Positions 7,842-15,343 of a stretch of DNA of 64,000 nt are shown in pieces. How positions within the stretch are numbered: the first letter of the stretch is position 1; each line of letters opens with the position of its first letter. Source of the stretch: an uncultured virus (IMG/VR IMGVR_UViG_3300033069_000905). Lineage: Duplodnaviria; Heunggongvirae; Uroviricota; Caudoviricetes. Made by a program: the position numbers and the translations under genes. Location of the stretch: positions 1 to 64,000 of IMG/VR virus record IMGVR_UViG_3300033069_000905, one strand, 5' to 3'. The notes under the pieces were generated by a model. The model had not been told where the DNA came from. It saw only the letters and a list, made by a program, of their open reading frames with translations, and made no database searches.

Positions 7842-8342
7842 TTAAATTTTTATCCCCGCAACGTACTCTTTGTTCTCAAGGGCAAACTTGACCCCCATCG
7901 AAAACACGTCATCCGTGTAGTCACGCAGATTCTCATAATCCTTCTTGAGCCAGCGCATGTACAGCGCACGCTTCAAATCCTGCTCGGGGCTGTTTCGATA
8001 CTGCTCATCCCCACCTTCATAAACCTTGGACTGCCAGTACGCACCGTGACCCATGTGGGTATGCTTCTCAGTGGTGACCATGATCCCCACTTTTTGCATG
8101 ATGCCTTGCTTTTTGGCTTTCACGCAAATCGACCCCCAACAATCCCGCCAACCCTTGCCATTTCCGGGTGTTGTGCCCTTGCGAGCAAGGAAAGAAACGA
8201 GGACTTGTGCCGATGTAAAACGATAATGGAGTTTTGCGTAGGCATACCAGAAGCGTAGGGCTTCATCAACAATCTCGGGGGGTACGCTAGCTAAAGCATT
8301 CTCAATACCTTCGGATGTGGCTTGTTTCTGTTCGGGGGACAT
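7842..8342 (-). CDS. Hypothetical protein
   Basis: 166-aa ORF with AGGAG RBS. Confidence 0.7.
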   Translation of the reverse strand: MSPEQKQATSEGIENALASVPPEIVDEALRFWYAYAKLHYRFTSAQVLVSFLARKGTTPGNGKGWRDCWGSICVKAKKQGIMQKVGIMVTTEKHTHMGHGAYWQSKVYEGGDEQYRNSPEQDLKRALYMRWLKKDYENLRDYTDDVFSMGVKFALENKEYVAGIKI

Positions 8343-8403
8343 GTTGACTCCTGTGGGTATAAATACCTAAGACCATCCCGCCACTAAGACTGGGGAAATT
8401 AAT

Positions 8404-8464
8404 CGGGGAACAAACAGCTAGTCGGATTTTTCACCGAAAGAAGAACGACTAACCAACACCACCG
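8404..8464 (-). ncRNA. Y-RNA-like stem RNA, copy 1
   Basis: CGGTGGTGT...TTGTTCCCCG closing motif shared by four copies. Confidence 0.55.
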
Positions 8465-8469
8465 AAACT

Positions 8470-8546
8470 TGGTTGCTTGTGTCGGATTTGAACCGACGAC
8501 CTGTGCCTTATCAAGACAATGCTCTGCCGGACTGAGCTAACAAGCA
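8470..8546 (-). tRNA. tRNA-Ile(GAU)
   Basis: Loop TTGATAA, CCA. Confidence 0.9.
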
Positions 8547-8556
8547 ATAAATAAAT

Positions 8557-8620
8557 GCGGGAACAAGCGGTAACCGTGTGATTTCACTAAGATAGAAGTA
8601 ACGGTAACCATACACCACGC
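8557..8620 (-). ncRNA. Y-RNA-like stem RNA, copy 2
   Basis: GCGTGGTGTA...CTTGTTCCCGC. Confidence 0.55.
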
Positions 8621-8652
8621 AAATCTGCTACTGGGGTGATCCTTCTATGAAC

Positions 8653-8791
8653 ACAGGAACAAGCCCCCACGTAATTCTGTAAATACAACTGCTGACCTTT
8701 AGTGATTTTGAGGCTTTCCTAGCCCCCACCAAGGTTCTATGCTTTGATAAAATTTTGATTCTAGTAGAACCGGCACGAAAGCACACACCGT
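8653..8791 (-). ncRNA. Y-RNA-like stem RNA, copy 3
   Basis: ACGGTGTGT...CTTGTTCCTGT with a larger loop domain. Confidence 0.45.
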
Positions 8792-8903
8792 AAAACTGTC
8801 GCATGATCCCCCCGAACAGAAGTTGAAGAACAGTCTGTTCAAGGGAACCCCACGTTTACCGTATGCTCGGGGAACTACTTAGGCTTCTGGCCTTTGTTTA
8901 ATT

Positions 8904-9026
8904 CTGGGAACAAGCAACAACGAAATTTTTAGTGTCCTAACCACTAGACGACAGCCCTTACGAGCCGATGGGATTCGAACCCACGTTACTTCATTGGCAT
9001 TGAGGAAATCGTTATTTACGCCACAG
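8904..9026 (-). ncRNA. YrlA-like Y RNA with a circularly permuted tRNA-like domain
   Basis: CTGTGGCGTA...CTTGTTCCCAG stem enclosing a T-arm (GTGGG-TTCGAAT-CCCAT), a closed stem, then a D-arm (GTCTAGTGGTTAGGAC). Confidence 0.7.
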
Positions 9027-9030
9027 AAAC

Positions 9031-9108
9031 TGGTTGCGGGTACAGGGAGTCTAACCCTGCTGTTAATGGGATATGAACCCATTGTGTAAGACGTTTCACT
9101 CACCCGCG
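9031..9108 (-). tRNA. tRNA-Met(CAU), initiator-like
   Basis: C1:A72 mismatch, ATGGG-TTCATAT-CCCAT arm with three G-C pairs, CCA. Confidence 0.85.
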
Positions 9109-9548
9109 AAACTTTTTTCCAAATAGGCCAGCAAACTCTCCATGTGCTGTTTAACACTCTCGTAAGAATCCCCTAGCCTACCTAAAACTGTATTACAACG
9201 CATGCACAAGACGCCTCTAACTTTAGACGTGGTGTGGCAGTGGTCTAGCACAACAGAGACAGTGGAACCGCAGCTTTCACAAGCCCCAGAACTGCGCTCT
9301 ATTGCTTCTTCTACATCCGCTAACGGAACACCGTGCCGCCAAGCGATTTCTTTCAGTCTGTTGGCTGTTTTAAAACGAGCAACAGACGCTACCTGCTTAT
9401 CCTTGTTCTTTGGGTACCACACAGTACGCACGTAGGTATTATGGCAGTCTTTACATTTACTAGCGTACCCACGCTTTGAACTCTTGTCTTTGGAAAAGCT
9501 AGCTAAAGGCTTGCTTTCTTTACAACTGCAACATAGTAAGTGTGTCAT
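9096..9548 (-). CDS. Endonuclease VII-type HNH endonuclease
   Basis: CESC..VLDHCHTTSKVRGVLCMRCN motif and N-terminal CxxC repeats. Confidence 0.9.
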   Translation of the reverse strand: MTHLLCCSCKESKPLASFSKDKSSKRGYASKCKDCHNTYVRTVWYPKNKDKQVASVARFKTANRLKEIAWRHGVPLADVEEAIERSSGACESCGSTVSVVLDHCHTTSKVRGVLCMRCNTVLGRLGDSYESVKQHMESLLAYLEKSFAGE

Positions 9549-9588
9549 TGCATACCCCCACGGGTATCATAACACAACTAGCGAAAAA

Positions 9589-9626
9589 GGTTATGAGCCT
9601 GTCTGGTAACCAACAACCTCCTCGCC
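9589..9626 (-). pseudogene. 5' part of a tRNA with CAU anticodon
   Basis: GGCGAGG..GGT-TGTTGGTT-ACC..ACAGG-CTCATAA-CC, truncated just after the loop. Confidence 0.7.
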
Positions 9627-9642
9627 AAACTTTTTACAACAG

Positions 9643-9985
9643 TGTTAGATGCGTATTCTTGGTGTGCTGTCACGCCAAAAGGGATCGTGGGGATTACCGG
9701 CAACTTCCCCTTGATACTAGCTGTGTGGCCCTGTACGCCCATTCGTTCTCAGGGAGTGCTACTCCCATTCCTTCAGCAGTTTGCGAAGCTGCCTTGGCGT
9801 GATTTTGCTTCGTCTTTCGGCTATCTGGCCTAACGCCAGCCTCCCTAAGAATCCACACAAAACCCTATTGAACTTTTCGGCCTGAATGATGCCCTTCTCA
9901 GCCTATGTGTATCCGCATACAGCACTTGCCCTACTCATTAAGGATGGCTGCTTCTAAGCCCACCTCCAAAAACACGCATCTAACA
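9643..9985 (-). ncRNA. Structured RNA with a 23S rRNA H43/H44-like core, copy 2
   Basis: About 20-bp terminal stem; GGTGGGCTTAGAAGCAGCCATCC ... GGCGTGACAGCACAC. Confidence 0.8.
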
Positions 9986-10048
9986 GTGTTTTACTAATTA
10001 TATAAAAGCTCCCCCGATTTGTCAATGGGTATTTGCAATTACTTTCAT

Positions 10049-10124
10049 TGGCACCCCCTGACGGCCTCGAACCGCCTACCTTCAGTTTTGGAGACTGACA
10101 CACGTCCACATGTGCTTAGGGGGC
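10049..10124 (-). tRNA. tRNA-Trp(CCA)
   Basis: TCAGT-CTCCAAA-ACTGA arm, G73, CCA. Confidence 0.88.
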
Positions 10125-10205
10125 AAATCTAATAAAACTCTCAGGCAGCTTGCACACTGCCTTTCCCGGCACTGCTGCTGTGCAAGTCGCAATGACGGAG
10201 TATTC

Positions 10206-10283
10206 TGGTCTACCTGCTCAGATTTGAACTGAGGTTATGCCTGATCCCAAATCAGGGGCCATACCAGACTAGGCGACAGGTAG
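10206..10283 (-). tRNA. tRNA-Pro(UGG)
   Basis: CCTGA-TTTGGGA-TCAGG arm, C1:G72, CCA. Confidence 0.92.
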
Positions 10284-10291
10284 ATAAAACT

Positions 10292-10375
10292 TGGTGCGAG
10301 TGGGGGGAGTCGAACCCACCACGAATTAACGGCGGCTTCTAAAACCGCTGCGGCTACCAATTACGCCACACTCGC
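10292..10375 (-). tRNA. tRNA-Leu(UAG)
   Basis: GCGGT-TTTAGAA-GCCGC arm, CCA. Confidence 0.9.
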
Positions 10376-10475
10376 ATTGTAAAAAAGCGACCAGCTATCT
10401 CTTTTGGGGAGCCTTACTGGCTTGTCACGAACAAGAGAGCACCCGTAGCTCAATCTTGCCGTCTAGCTTGAAACT

Positions 10476-10547
10476 TGGTGGAGAATGACGGTAACGATCC
10501 GTCCCTAACTGATTGCAAATCAGTTGTTTAGCCCATCTATATCCCCC
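10476..10547 (-). tRNA. tRNA-Ala(UGC)
   Basis: G3:U70, ACTGA-TTTGCAA-TCAGT arm, CCA; 5' end overlapped by the HNH C-terminus. Confidence 0.85.
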
Positions 10548-11013
10548 AATACTTCATCACAGTGTTGCGACTAATACCTAACTCTCTGGAAATACTTCTA
10601 GTCGACCCACCAGAAATTCTAAGCAACCGCACTTTTTCCTTCATATCTTCGCTAAGGCGGCATCTTCCTGATGTGCTGAGCGCTGAACACCTTTTTGAGC
10701 AATAGATATGTTTTGACCCATCAGAAATAACTCTGGTATTTCGGTCAAACGTATTTCCGCACCTACGGCATACAAATCTAGCAATGGTGTGCTGTGTGTT
10801 GTGGTGGCGGATATGGTCACCCTCAAGCATCAACTCCAAGTTACTAAATTCATTGTTAGTTGGGTCTTCGTCTTTATGGTGCAAAACGTAACCATCTGGA
10901 ACAAGTAACCCCGTAGACAACCACCACACTAAATGGTGTTCTAAAATTCTATTACCGTACTGGTAGATCGTTCCGGGGTAATTCTCAGGGGCGGGTACAA
11001 ATATATAACTCAT
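10537..11013 (-). CDS. HNH homing endonuclease with Zn finger and HTH
   Basis: LEHHLVWW..LHHKDEDPTNN..NL, CRRC, ISRNTVMKYW. Confidence 0.9.
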   Translation of the reverse strand: MSYIFVPAPENYPGTIYQYGNRILEHHLVWWLSTGLLVPDGYVLHHKDEDPTNNEFSNLELMLEGDHIRHHNTQHTIARFVCRRCGNTFDRNTRVISDGSKHIYCSKRCSALSTSGRCRLSEDMKEKVRLLRISGGSTRSISRELGISRNTVMKYWGI

Positions 11014-11029
11014 ACCCTAGTATACCATA

Positions 11030-11057
11030 AGTGCTGTGCCAATTGAGCCATACCCCC
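11030..11057 (-). pseudogene. 5' half of a tRNA (Ala-like)
   Basis: GGGGGTA-TG-GCTC-AATTGGCA-CAGC-ACT, then breaks. Confidence 0.72.
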
Positions 11058-11066
11058 GTATAATAC

Positions 11067-11600
11067 TTAGTGTCTCCCGGTACAGGCTTTCACTGTCGCT
11101 CTACAAGTAGAGTCCGGTTATTCGGCTAACTGCATTCTTTTCTGATTAACGACAAATTCTGCCCCTTCTGTTTCTTGGTGGGGATAACCTCAGTGGGGGT
11201 AGATTAGCCCACGAAGCTTCGGATTTACACCGTAAGCGTTACGCTGTTCTTGACTCCGTTTAGGGCAGGACTTCGAAACCCGCATCTCCCCGCGCAAAAT
11301 GCAGGGTATCTTCCCATTGGACGACCTTGGAGTACCTTGATGATCAATCAAGGCTTTGCTTACAGGGGGCGACCCTGTTGGACAAAATAAGGTGATCTGC
11401 ATGGTTAGTGCTTCTCTCTCTGGTACCCGTAGAGATAGGGTGATCAAATCCCTAAGACCTTATTCAGATGAGTATCTAATCAACATCCTTCTACCAGTGA
11501 TTTAGTGAGCCAGACTCCCTGACATCCACGGTTGCCTATTAAGGTGACGGCATCTCCCACGTTTGAGTTATCGTCAGTTGTGCTCTGACTACTTCGCTAA
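11067..11600 (-). ncRNA. Candidate large structured RNA with an embedded tRNA-like domain
   Basis: About 535 nt without a credible ORF, terminal TTAGCG/CACTAA pairing, cloverleaf-like insert at 11253-11333. Confidence 0.5.
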
Positions 11601-11612
11601 CCAAGCGAATTC

Positions 11613-11663
11613 TGGTGGTGGGTGAGGGAATCGAACCCCCTATGTCTAGCATACCACTGTTTT
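11613..11663 (-). pseudogene. 3' half of a tRNA (Tyr-like)
   Basis: Long variable arm TATG-CTAGA-CATA, T-arm, ACCCACC-A-CCA; the HNH ORF runs into it. Confidence 0.75.
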
Positions 11664-12050
11664 AGACCTACCCCTACGAGTAGCACCATATACTAATGGT
11701 GGCCTCTCTTTTTCATGTAATTCCAAATGACAGTTAGAGCAAAGCAAGATACACTTTTTAGCTTCGGCCAGTGCTACTTCGTATTTATTCCTAAGTAAAT
11801 CAGACACACCACGTTCTTTGTTAGGCTCGTGGTGATGAAACTGTAGAACTTGTAGGGATTTACTGTATCCGCAGACGCTACAACAACCGCCAAAAGCATC
11901 AACAAGACGGCGCTTATTTTCTCTAGCTTTAACTTGCTTACCCGCGCCGTCGCAACGCTTGCACTGAGAACCTAGACCGTCCAGCGTAACGGCGTTCTTA
12001 TAAAACGCTTCCGAAGGAAGCTCTTGCTTGCAGGATGTGCATATTTTCAT
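11646..12050 (-). CDS. HNH endonuclease
   Basis: CSVCGY..LQFHHH..KCILLCSNCHLELH; probable start MKICTSC. Confidence 0.9.
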   Translation of the reverse strand: MKICTSCKQELPSEAFYKNAVTLDGLGSQCKRCDGAGKQVKARENKRRLVDAFGGCCSVCGYSKSLQVLQFHHHEPNKERGVSDLLRNKYEVALAEAKKCILLCSNCHLELHEKERPPLVYGATRRGRSKTVVC

Positions 12051-12056
12051 AATTAC

Positions 12057-12085
12057 AGAATACTGCACTCTGTAAAGAATGTCAA
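12057..12085 (-). promoter_or_regulatory. sigma70 promoter, probably giving a leaderless HNH mRNA
   Basis: TTGACA-N17-TATTCT, 6 nt before the ATG. Confidence 0.65.
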
Positions 12086-12172
12086 TGGTGGGTTAGGTTG
12101 GAATCGAACCAACTCGTGCAGCCACGCTCTCGGATTTACAGTCCGGGGCCATACCATTACGGCTTCTAACCC
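12086..12172 (-). tRNA. tRNA-Tyr(GUA)
   Basis: Loop CTGTAAA, long variable arm, CCA. Confidence 0.92.
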
Positions 12173-12181
12173 AATTTCCTG

Positions 12182-12261
12182 TGGCGGGAATGACGAGATT
12201 CGAACTCGCCTGAATATCTTCATTGACAGTGAAGCGACCACACCAAGCAGTCCCCATCCCC
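12182..12261 (-). tRNA. tRNA-Asp(GUC)
   Basis: CTTCA-CTGTCAA-TGAAG arm, G73, CCA. Confidence 0.9.
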
Positions 12262-12759
12262 GAAACAACACCCTCTTGCGAAGGTATTCAGTAAAACAAC
12301 CTGCTCCGATCAATCCGCAAAGGTGTGTCCTGAGTCGACCTCAACCTTCACAAGTTGTTTTACTGGTGGAGACTTTTCATCCCCTTGACCGCTGCTAGCG
12401 GCTCGTTGGTGGTGTCACATCGGCCAATATTAGGCACCCGTTGTTATCACTCCGCGACGTTTTTCTTTATAAGGAAGCATCCTGCTATCGCTGCGAACTA
12501 TTGTCAGGCGTTATCATGAAATCCCCGAAGTCTGGCAAAATCTGACCTACCCTATCGCTGCTCGCTATTGTCGCAAGGTGCTTGCTTATGAACTTGATCT
12601 TTTCGCCCACACTAGGGTTACGATCCTAAGTCCCGCCCGTTCTACCATGTTTTAAGTGGGGTATGCACCCTCGTTGCGCATCCACTGTTACTACTAGCGG
12701 AAAATTCTCCGCATCCATTCTTTTTGCATCTTGCTTCCTTTCTTGATTCAACAGTTCGC

Positions 12760-12788
12760 ATTCTACAGAACATCAAACCATTTGTCAA
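12760..12788 (-). promoter_or_regulatory. sigma70 promoter at the head of the tRNA array
   Basis: TTGACA-N17-TAGAAT. Confidence 0.7.
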
Positions 12789-12820
12789 GCACTTTCTTCA
12801 AAAACTTCATTTCATGTTGC

Positions 12821-12861
12821 AAAAATGGGAAAAGCCCAAAATCCGTTAGGGTCTTGGGCTT
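12821..12861 (-). terminator. Intrinsic terminator / attenuator hairpin
   Basis: AAGCCCAA...TTGGGCTT stem followed by TTCCCATTTTT. Confidence 0.7.
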
Positions 12862-12889
12862 CTCTTTTTAGAGTTAGAGGGGGTGAGTT

Positions 12890-13018
12890 TTATCCCATCC
12901 CTACAAGCCCACAACCAGACCAATCATAATTCTCCTGACTAATAAACGAAGTGGTAGCACACGCGGCCCTTTTGGGGCTTAGTGGTTTTTCAAGTCGTGA
13001 ATGCAGCAGTGAAAACAT
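12890..13018 (-). CDS. Candidate attenuator leader peptide (42 aa)
   Basis: MFSLLHSR...GCGLVGMG contains all 20 amino acids; its 3' end is complementary to the terminator arm. Confidence 0.55.
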   Translation of the reverse strand: MFSLLHSRLEKPLSPKRAACATTSFISQENYDWSGCGLVGMG

Positions 13019-13063
13019 GGTTCTGATCCGATTAGCTCTGAGGAATCCCCCAGAAGTGTTGCT

Positions 13064-13093
13064 ATGGTAACTCACCTAAAAACGAAGTGTCAA
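13064..13093 (-). promoter_or_regulatory. sigma70 promoter of the leader
   Basis: TTGACA-N18-TACCAT. Confidence 0.55.
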
Positions 13094-13121
13094 CTATTTT
13101 TTGAAATTATTTTTGTGGGGA

Positions 13122-13439
13122 CTAAGAGTGTTGTTTTTCTGCATCAACGACTTCCCATATGTAGGGGGGGTTAGACCCGTCCCGATCAACAGCACCCACA
13201 ACACGGACAAATCCTTTGGCCTCAAGCTTTCTTAGGTACATCAACCCGCTGTAGTAGAGTCCCGCTACTCTAAACCCGATGTCAGTTGTTGTCCCCCGGC
13301 CACCCATCGCAATTAACGCATCAAGATGATCCTGCTCACGTTGGGTTAGTCCAGAAGACTTTTTCCTTATCGTCGGCTTCCTCTTTGCCTTGGAGACTGA
13401 GTTTTTTGACGCGGCTACAAGCTGATCTAATAAAAACAT
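13122..13439 (-). CDS. Winged-helix-like DNA-binding protein
   Basis: TTTDIG..YLRKLEAKGFVRV pattern. Confidence 0.55.
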   Translation of the reverse strand: MFLLDQLVAASKNSVSKAKRKPTIRKKSSGLTQREQDHLDALIAMGGRGTTTDIGFRVAGLYYSGLMYLRKLEAKGFVRVVGAVDRDGSNPPYIWEVVDAEKQHS

Positions 13440-13445
13440 GGGGTA

Positions 13446-14225
13446 TCACCCTTCTGTTGGCTCGGGTTGATCGTCGTCCCCACCATCACCATCTTCCAGA
13501 ATGACTTCCAAGGCACGTGTGGTTAAGTCGTTTAGGTGCTGTTGCTGCTTGAACCGTTTTATCAACGCTTCCTGTTGCTGTTTGGCAACTACGTTCAGAC
13601 CCTTGGAATCCTTCTCTGTCTTTTCAAGAATACCCAAGTCCATTTGGAGTTGAGCTATCTTTGAGAACATGGCGAACGTAGATTCCAGTTGATCCCGCAA
13701 ACCGCAAACAGGGGAAATGAACCCCTCTGCCGTAGTTGATGCTTTTTCTTGCGCGTAAAGCTTCAGTGTACGTTCTTTTTGTATGAACGCCAGTAGCGTC
13801 ATTTCTTGCAGCGCTGTGAAATCCCGCACGTACTCCAAAGACTGCTCGTTTGCTCTTACCTGCTGCATCAAGTCTGACGCTTCCATAGCCTGTTTGTGCG
13901 TAAGGTCTATGGCTTCTAATACATTGGCCTTGGTTATCTCAACAAGCGTTGGGGGGAGTAGTTTATTTTCTTCGTAAGCTTTTGCTAAATGTTCTTTGTA
14001 ATCACGCACATAGGCGTAACAACTCTGGTAACTTGGGAACTCAATCAGTGTGGCTAAGAACTTAGCCCCTGCTGTTACTCCCTTCTTATCGAACAGCATA
14101 GCGTCCAGCTTGATTTTTATTTGTGGTGGAAGATTTTCTATCTTCGGGAAAGTGTGTTGTTTACTGCCCATGATCGCCCCCAAGCTATTTTTCGGCAGTG
14201 TACACTTAAACTTACACGATAACAA
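13446..14225 (-). CDS. Possible small terminase-like protein (Mu gp27/DUF3486-like)
   Basis: KIENLPPQIKIKLDAML N-terminus, helical body, acidic tail. Confidence 0.4.
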   Translation of the reverse strand: MLSCKFKCTLPKNSLGAIMGSKQHTFPKIENLPPQIKIKLDAMLFDKKGVTAGAKFLATLIEFPSYQSCYAYVRDYKEHLAKAYEENKLLPPTLVEITKANVLEAIDLTHKQAMEASDLMQQVRANEQSLEYVRDFTALQEMTLLAFIQKERTLKLYAQEKASTTAEGFISPVCGLRDQLESTFAMFSKIAQLQMDLGILEKTEKDSKGLNVVAKQQQEALIKRFKQQQHLNDLTTRALEVILEDGDGGDDDQPEPTEG

Positions 14226-14260
14226 GACTCAGCCTTGACAAAAACAAGTGCGAACCTATA

Positions 14261-14578
14261 ATGACTGCTTTTATGGAGAGAGAAACGATGACCAGCCGCT
14301 ACGATGAAATAGTAACAAACTTCGCCAAGGACAAAGGACTGTCAGAAGACAAGGGACACTTCTTTTTGGGCCTATGCAATACGTGTGGTACTGTGGCGCT
14401 CAAGGAACTTGATGAAGAAAAACCACGCGGGTTTGAAGTTACTCCGCTGGGCACTGACTGCCCCAACTGTAAAGAAGTCCATCAAAGGAACCCCGAAGTA
14501 TTCCTGTGGACACTTAATACCCTGTCAAAACTGCACAGCGACATAATGGCGTCGATTAACGGCACCAAAGGCAGTTGA
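14261..14578 (+). CDS. Hypothetical Zn-ribbon protein
   Basis: CNTC..CPNC; TTGACA/TATAAT upstream, terminator downstream. Confidence 0.7.
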   Translation: MTAFMERETMTSRYDEIVTNFAKDKGLSEDKGHFFLGLCNTCGTVALKELDEEKPRGFEVTPLGTDCPNCKEVHQRNPEVFLWTLNTLSKLHSDIMASINGTKGS

Positions 14579-14593
14579 AATTACTTGCAAAAT

Positions 14594-14617
14594 AAACCTG
14601 CTTCGGCAGGTTTTTTT
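14594..14617. terminator. Bidirectional terminator
   Basis: AAACCTGC-TTCG-GCAGGTTTTTT between convergent genes. Confidence 0.75.
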
Positions 14618-14990
14618 AATGGCTGCGCCTATCCTTACCGACCCAAAACTTCACCCTGTCGGCACGCCTCTTGTTTCGCCGGGTAAATAGCCGTGAAACA
14701 AACCAGACGCAAGTAAAGAACGACAACCACAACGAACCAAAAACAATACAAGGCGTGTCTAGGGGTGTGGCTTTCTCCAAATCCCCAAACTGAACGTAGC
14801 CGTCGAAACCAAACATGGTATACCATGGATAGGCCAACCCCTGCTTTGGGACGTAGTGCGTCAGCTTACTGGTTTTCGGGTCTAAGTGCAGCGCATGTGG
14901 GATGCACCAATCCGTGTTTTTTCTAAACAGAATGTAGCCCCCTTCTTCCTGCCACTTATCAAGGGCGTAGTAAAGGCACATCTGCTTCAT
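14616..14990 (-). CDS. Hypothetical membrane protein
   Basis: C-terminal hydrophobic segment followed by a basic tail. Confidence 0.6.
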   Translation of the reverse strand: MKQMCLYYALDKWQEEGGYILFRKNTDWCIPHALHLDPKTSKLTHYVPKQGLAYPWYTMFGFDGYVQFGDLEKATPLDTPCIVFGSLWLSFFTCVWFVSRLFTRRNKRRADRVKFWVGKDRRSH

Positions 14991-15045
14991 AGGGTCACCG
15001 CTCGTTTGGATGCCCTATTCTACACCACCGGAAGGCACATTACGA

Positions 15046-15291
15046 TTAGAGCGGGATTCCGTAGTGTTCCAAGGTACCGTCTATGGCGTTGATTACAGAC
15101 GTTACCTGTGAATCCCAACTACGATCCTCATCAGCCCCCGATATACCTGACTCAGCGATGCACAACGCGGCTCGCAAGTCGTTAAAACGCAAAGCGCTAA
15201 GGATTCGTGAGTACAGTTCCTTGTAATAGGGAACTACTGCGTCTTCTTGTAGCTGCTCGATATGATTTACAATTTTGCTGATGCTTGCCAT
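15046..15291 (-). CDS. Hypothetical protein
   Basis: ORF with GGAGG RBS. Confidence 0.65.
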   Translation of the reverse strand: MASISKIVNHIEQLQEDAVVPYYKELYSRILSALRFNDLRAALCIAESGISGADEDRSWDSQVTSVINAIDGTLEHYGIPL

Positions 15292-15343
15292 TTGTCAACC
15301 CTCCGTGAGTATGACTATACTTTACAACAAACTACCTAATTTG

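Noticed and set aside
10137..10201. SRP-RNA-like hairpin between tRNA-Pro and tRNA-Trp
   Set aside because: A hairpin is present but lacks the SRP domain IV loop arrangement, so it cannot be named.
5706..12398. ORFs overlapping tRNAs and ncRNAs (e.g. 5706-6149, 6707-6994, 6879-7127, 8879-9157, 11190-11447, 12053-12313)
   Set aside because: They lie over RNA genes and lack an RBS or recognisable motifs.
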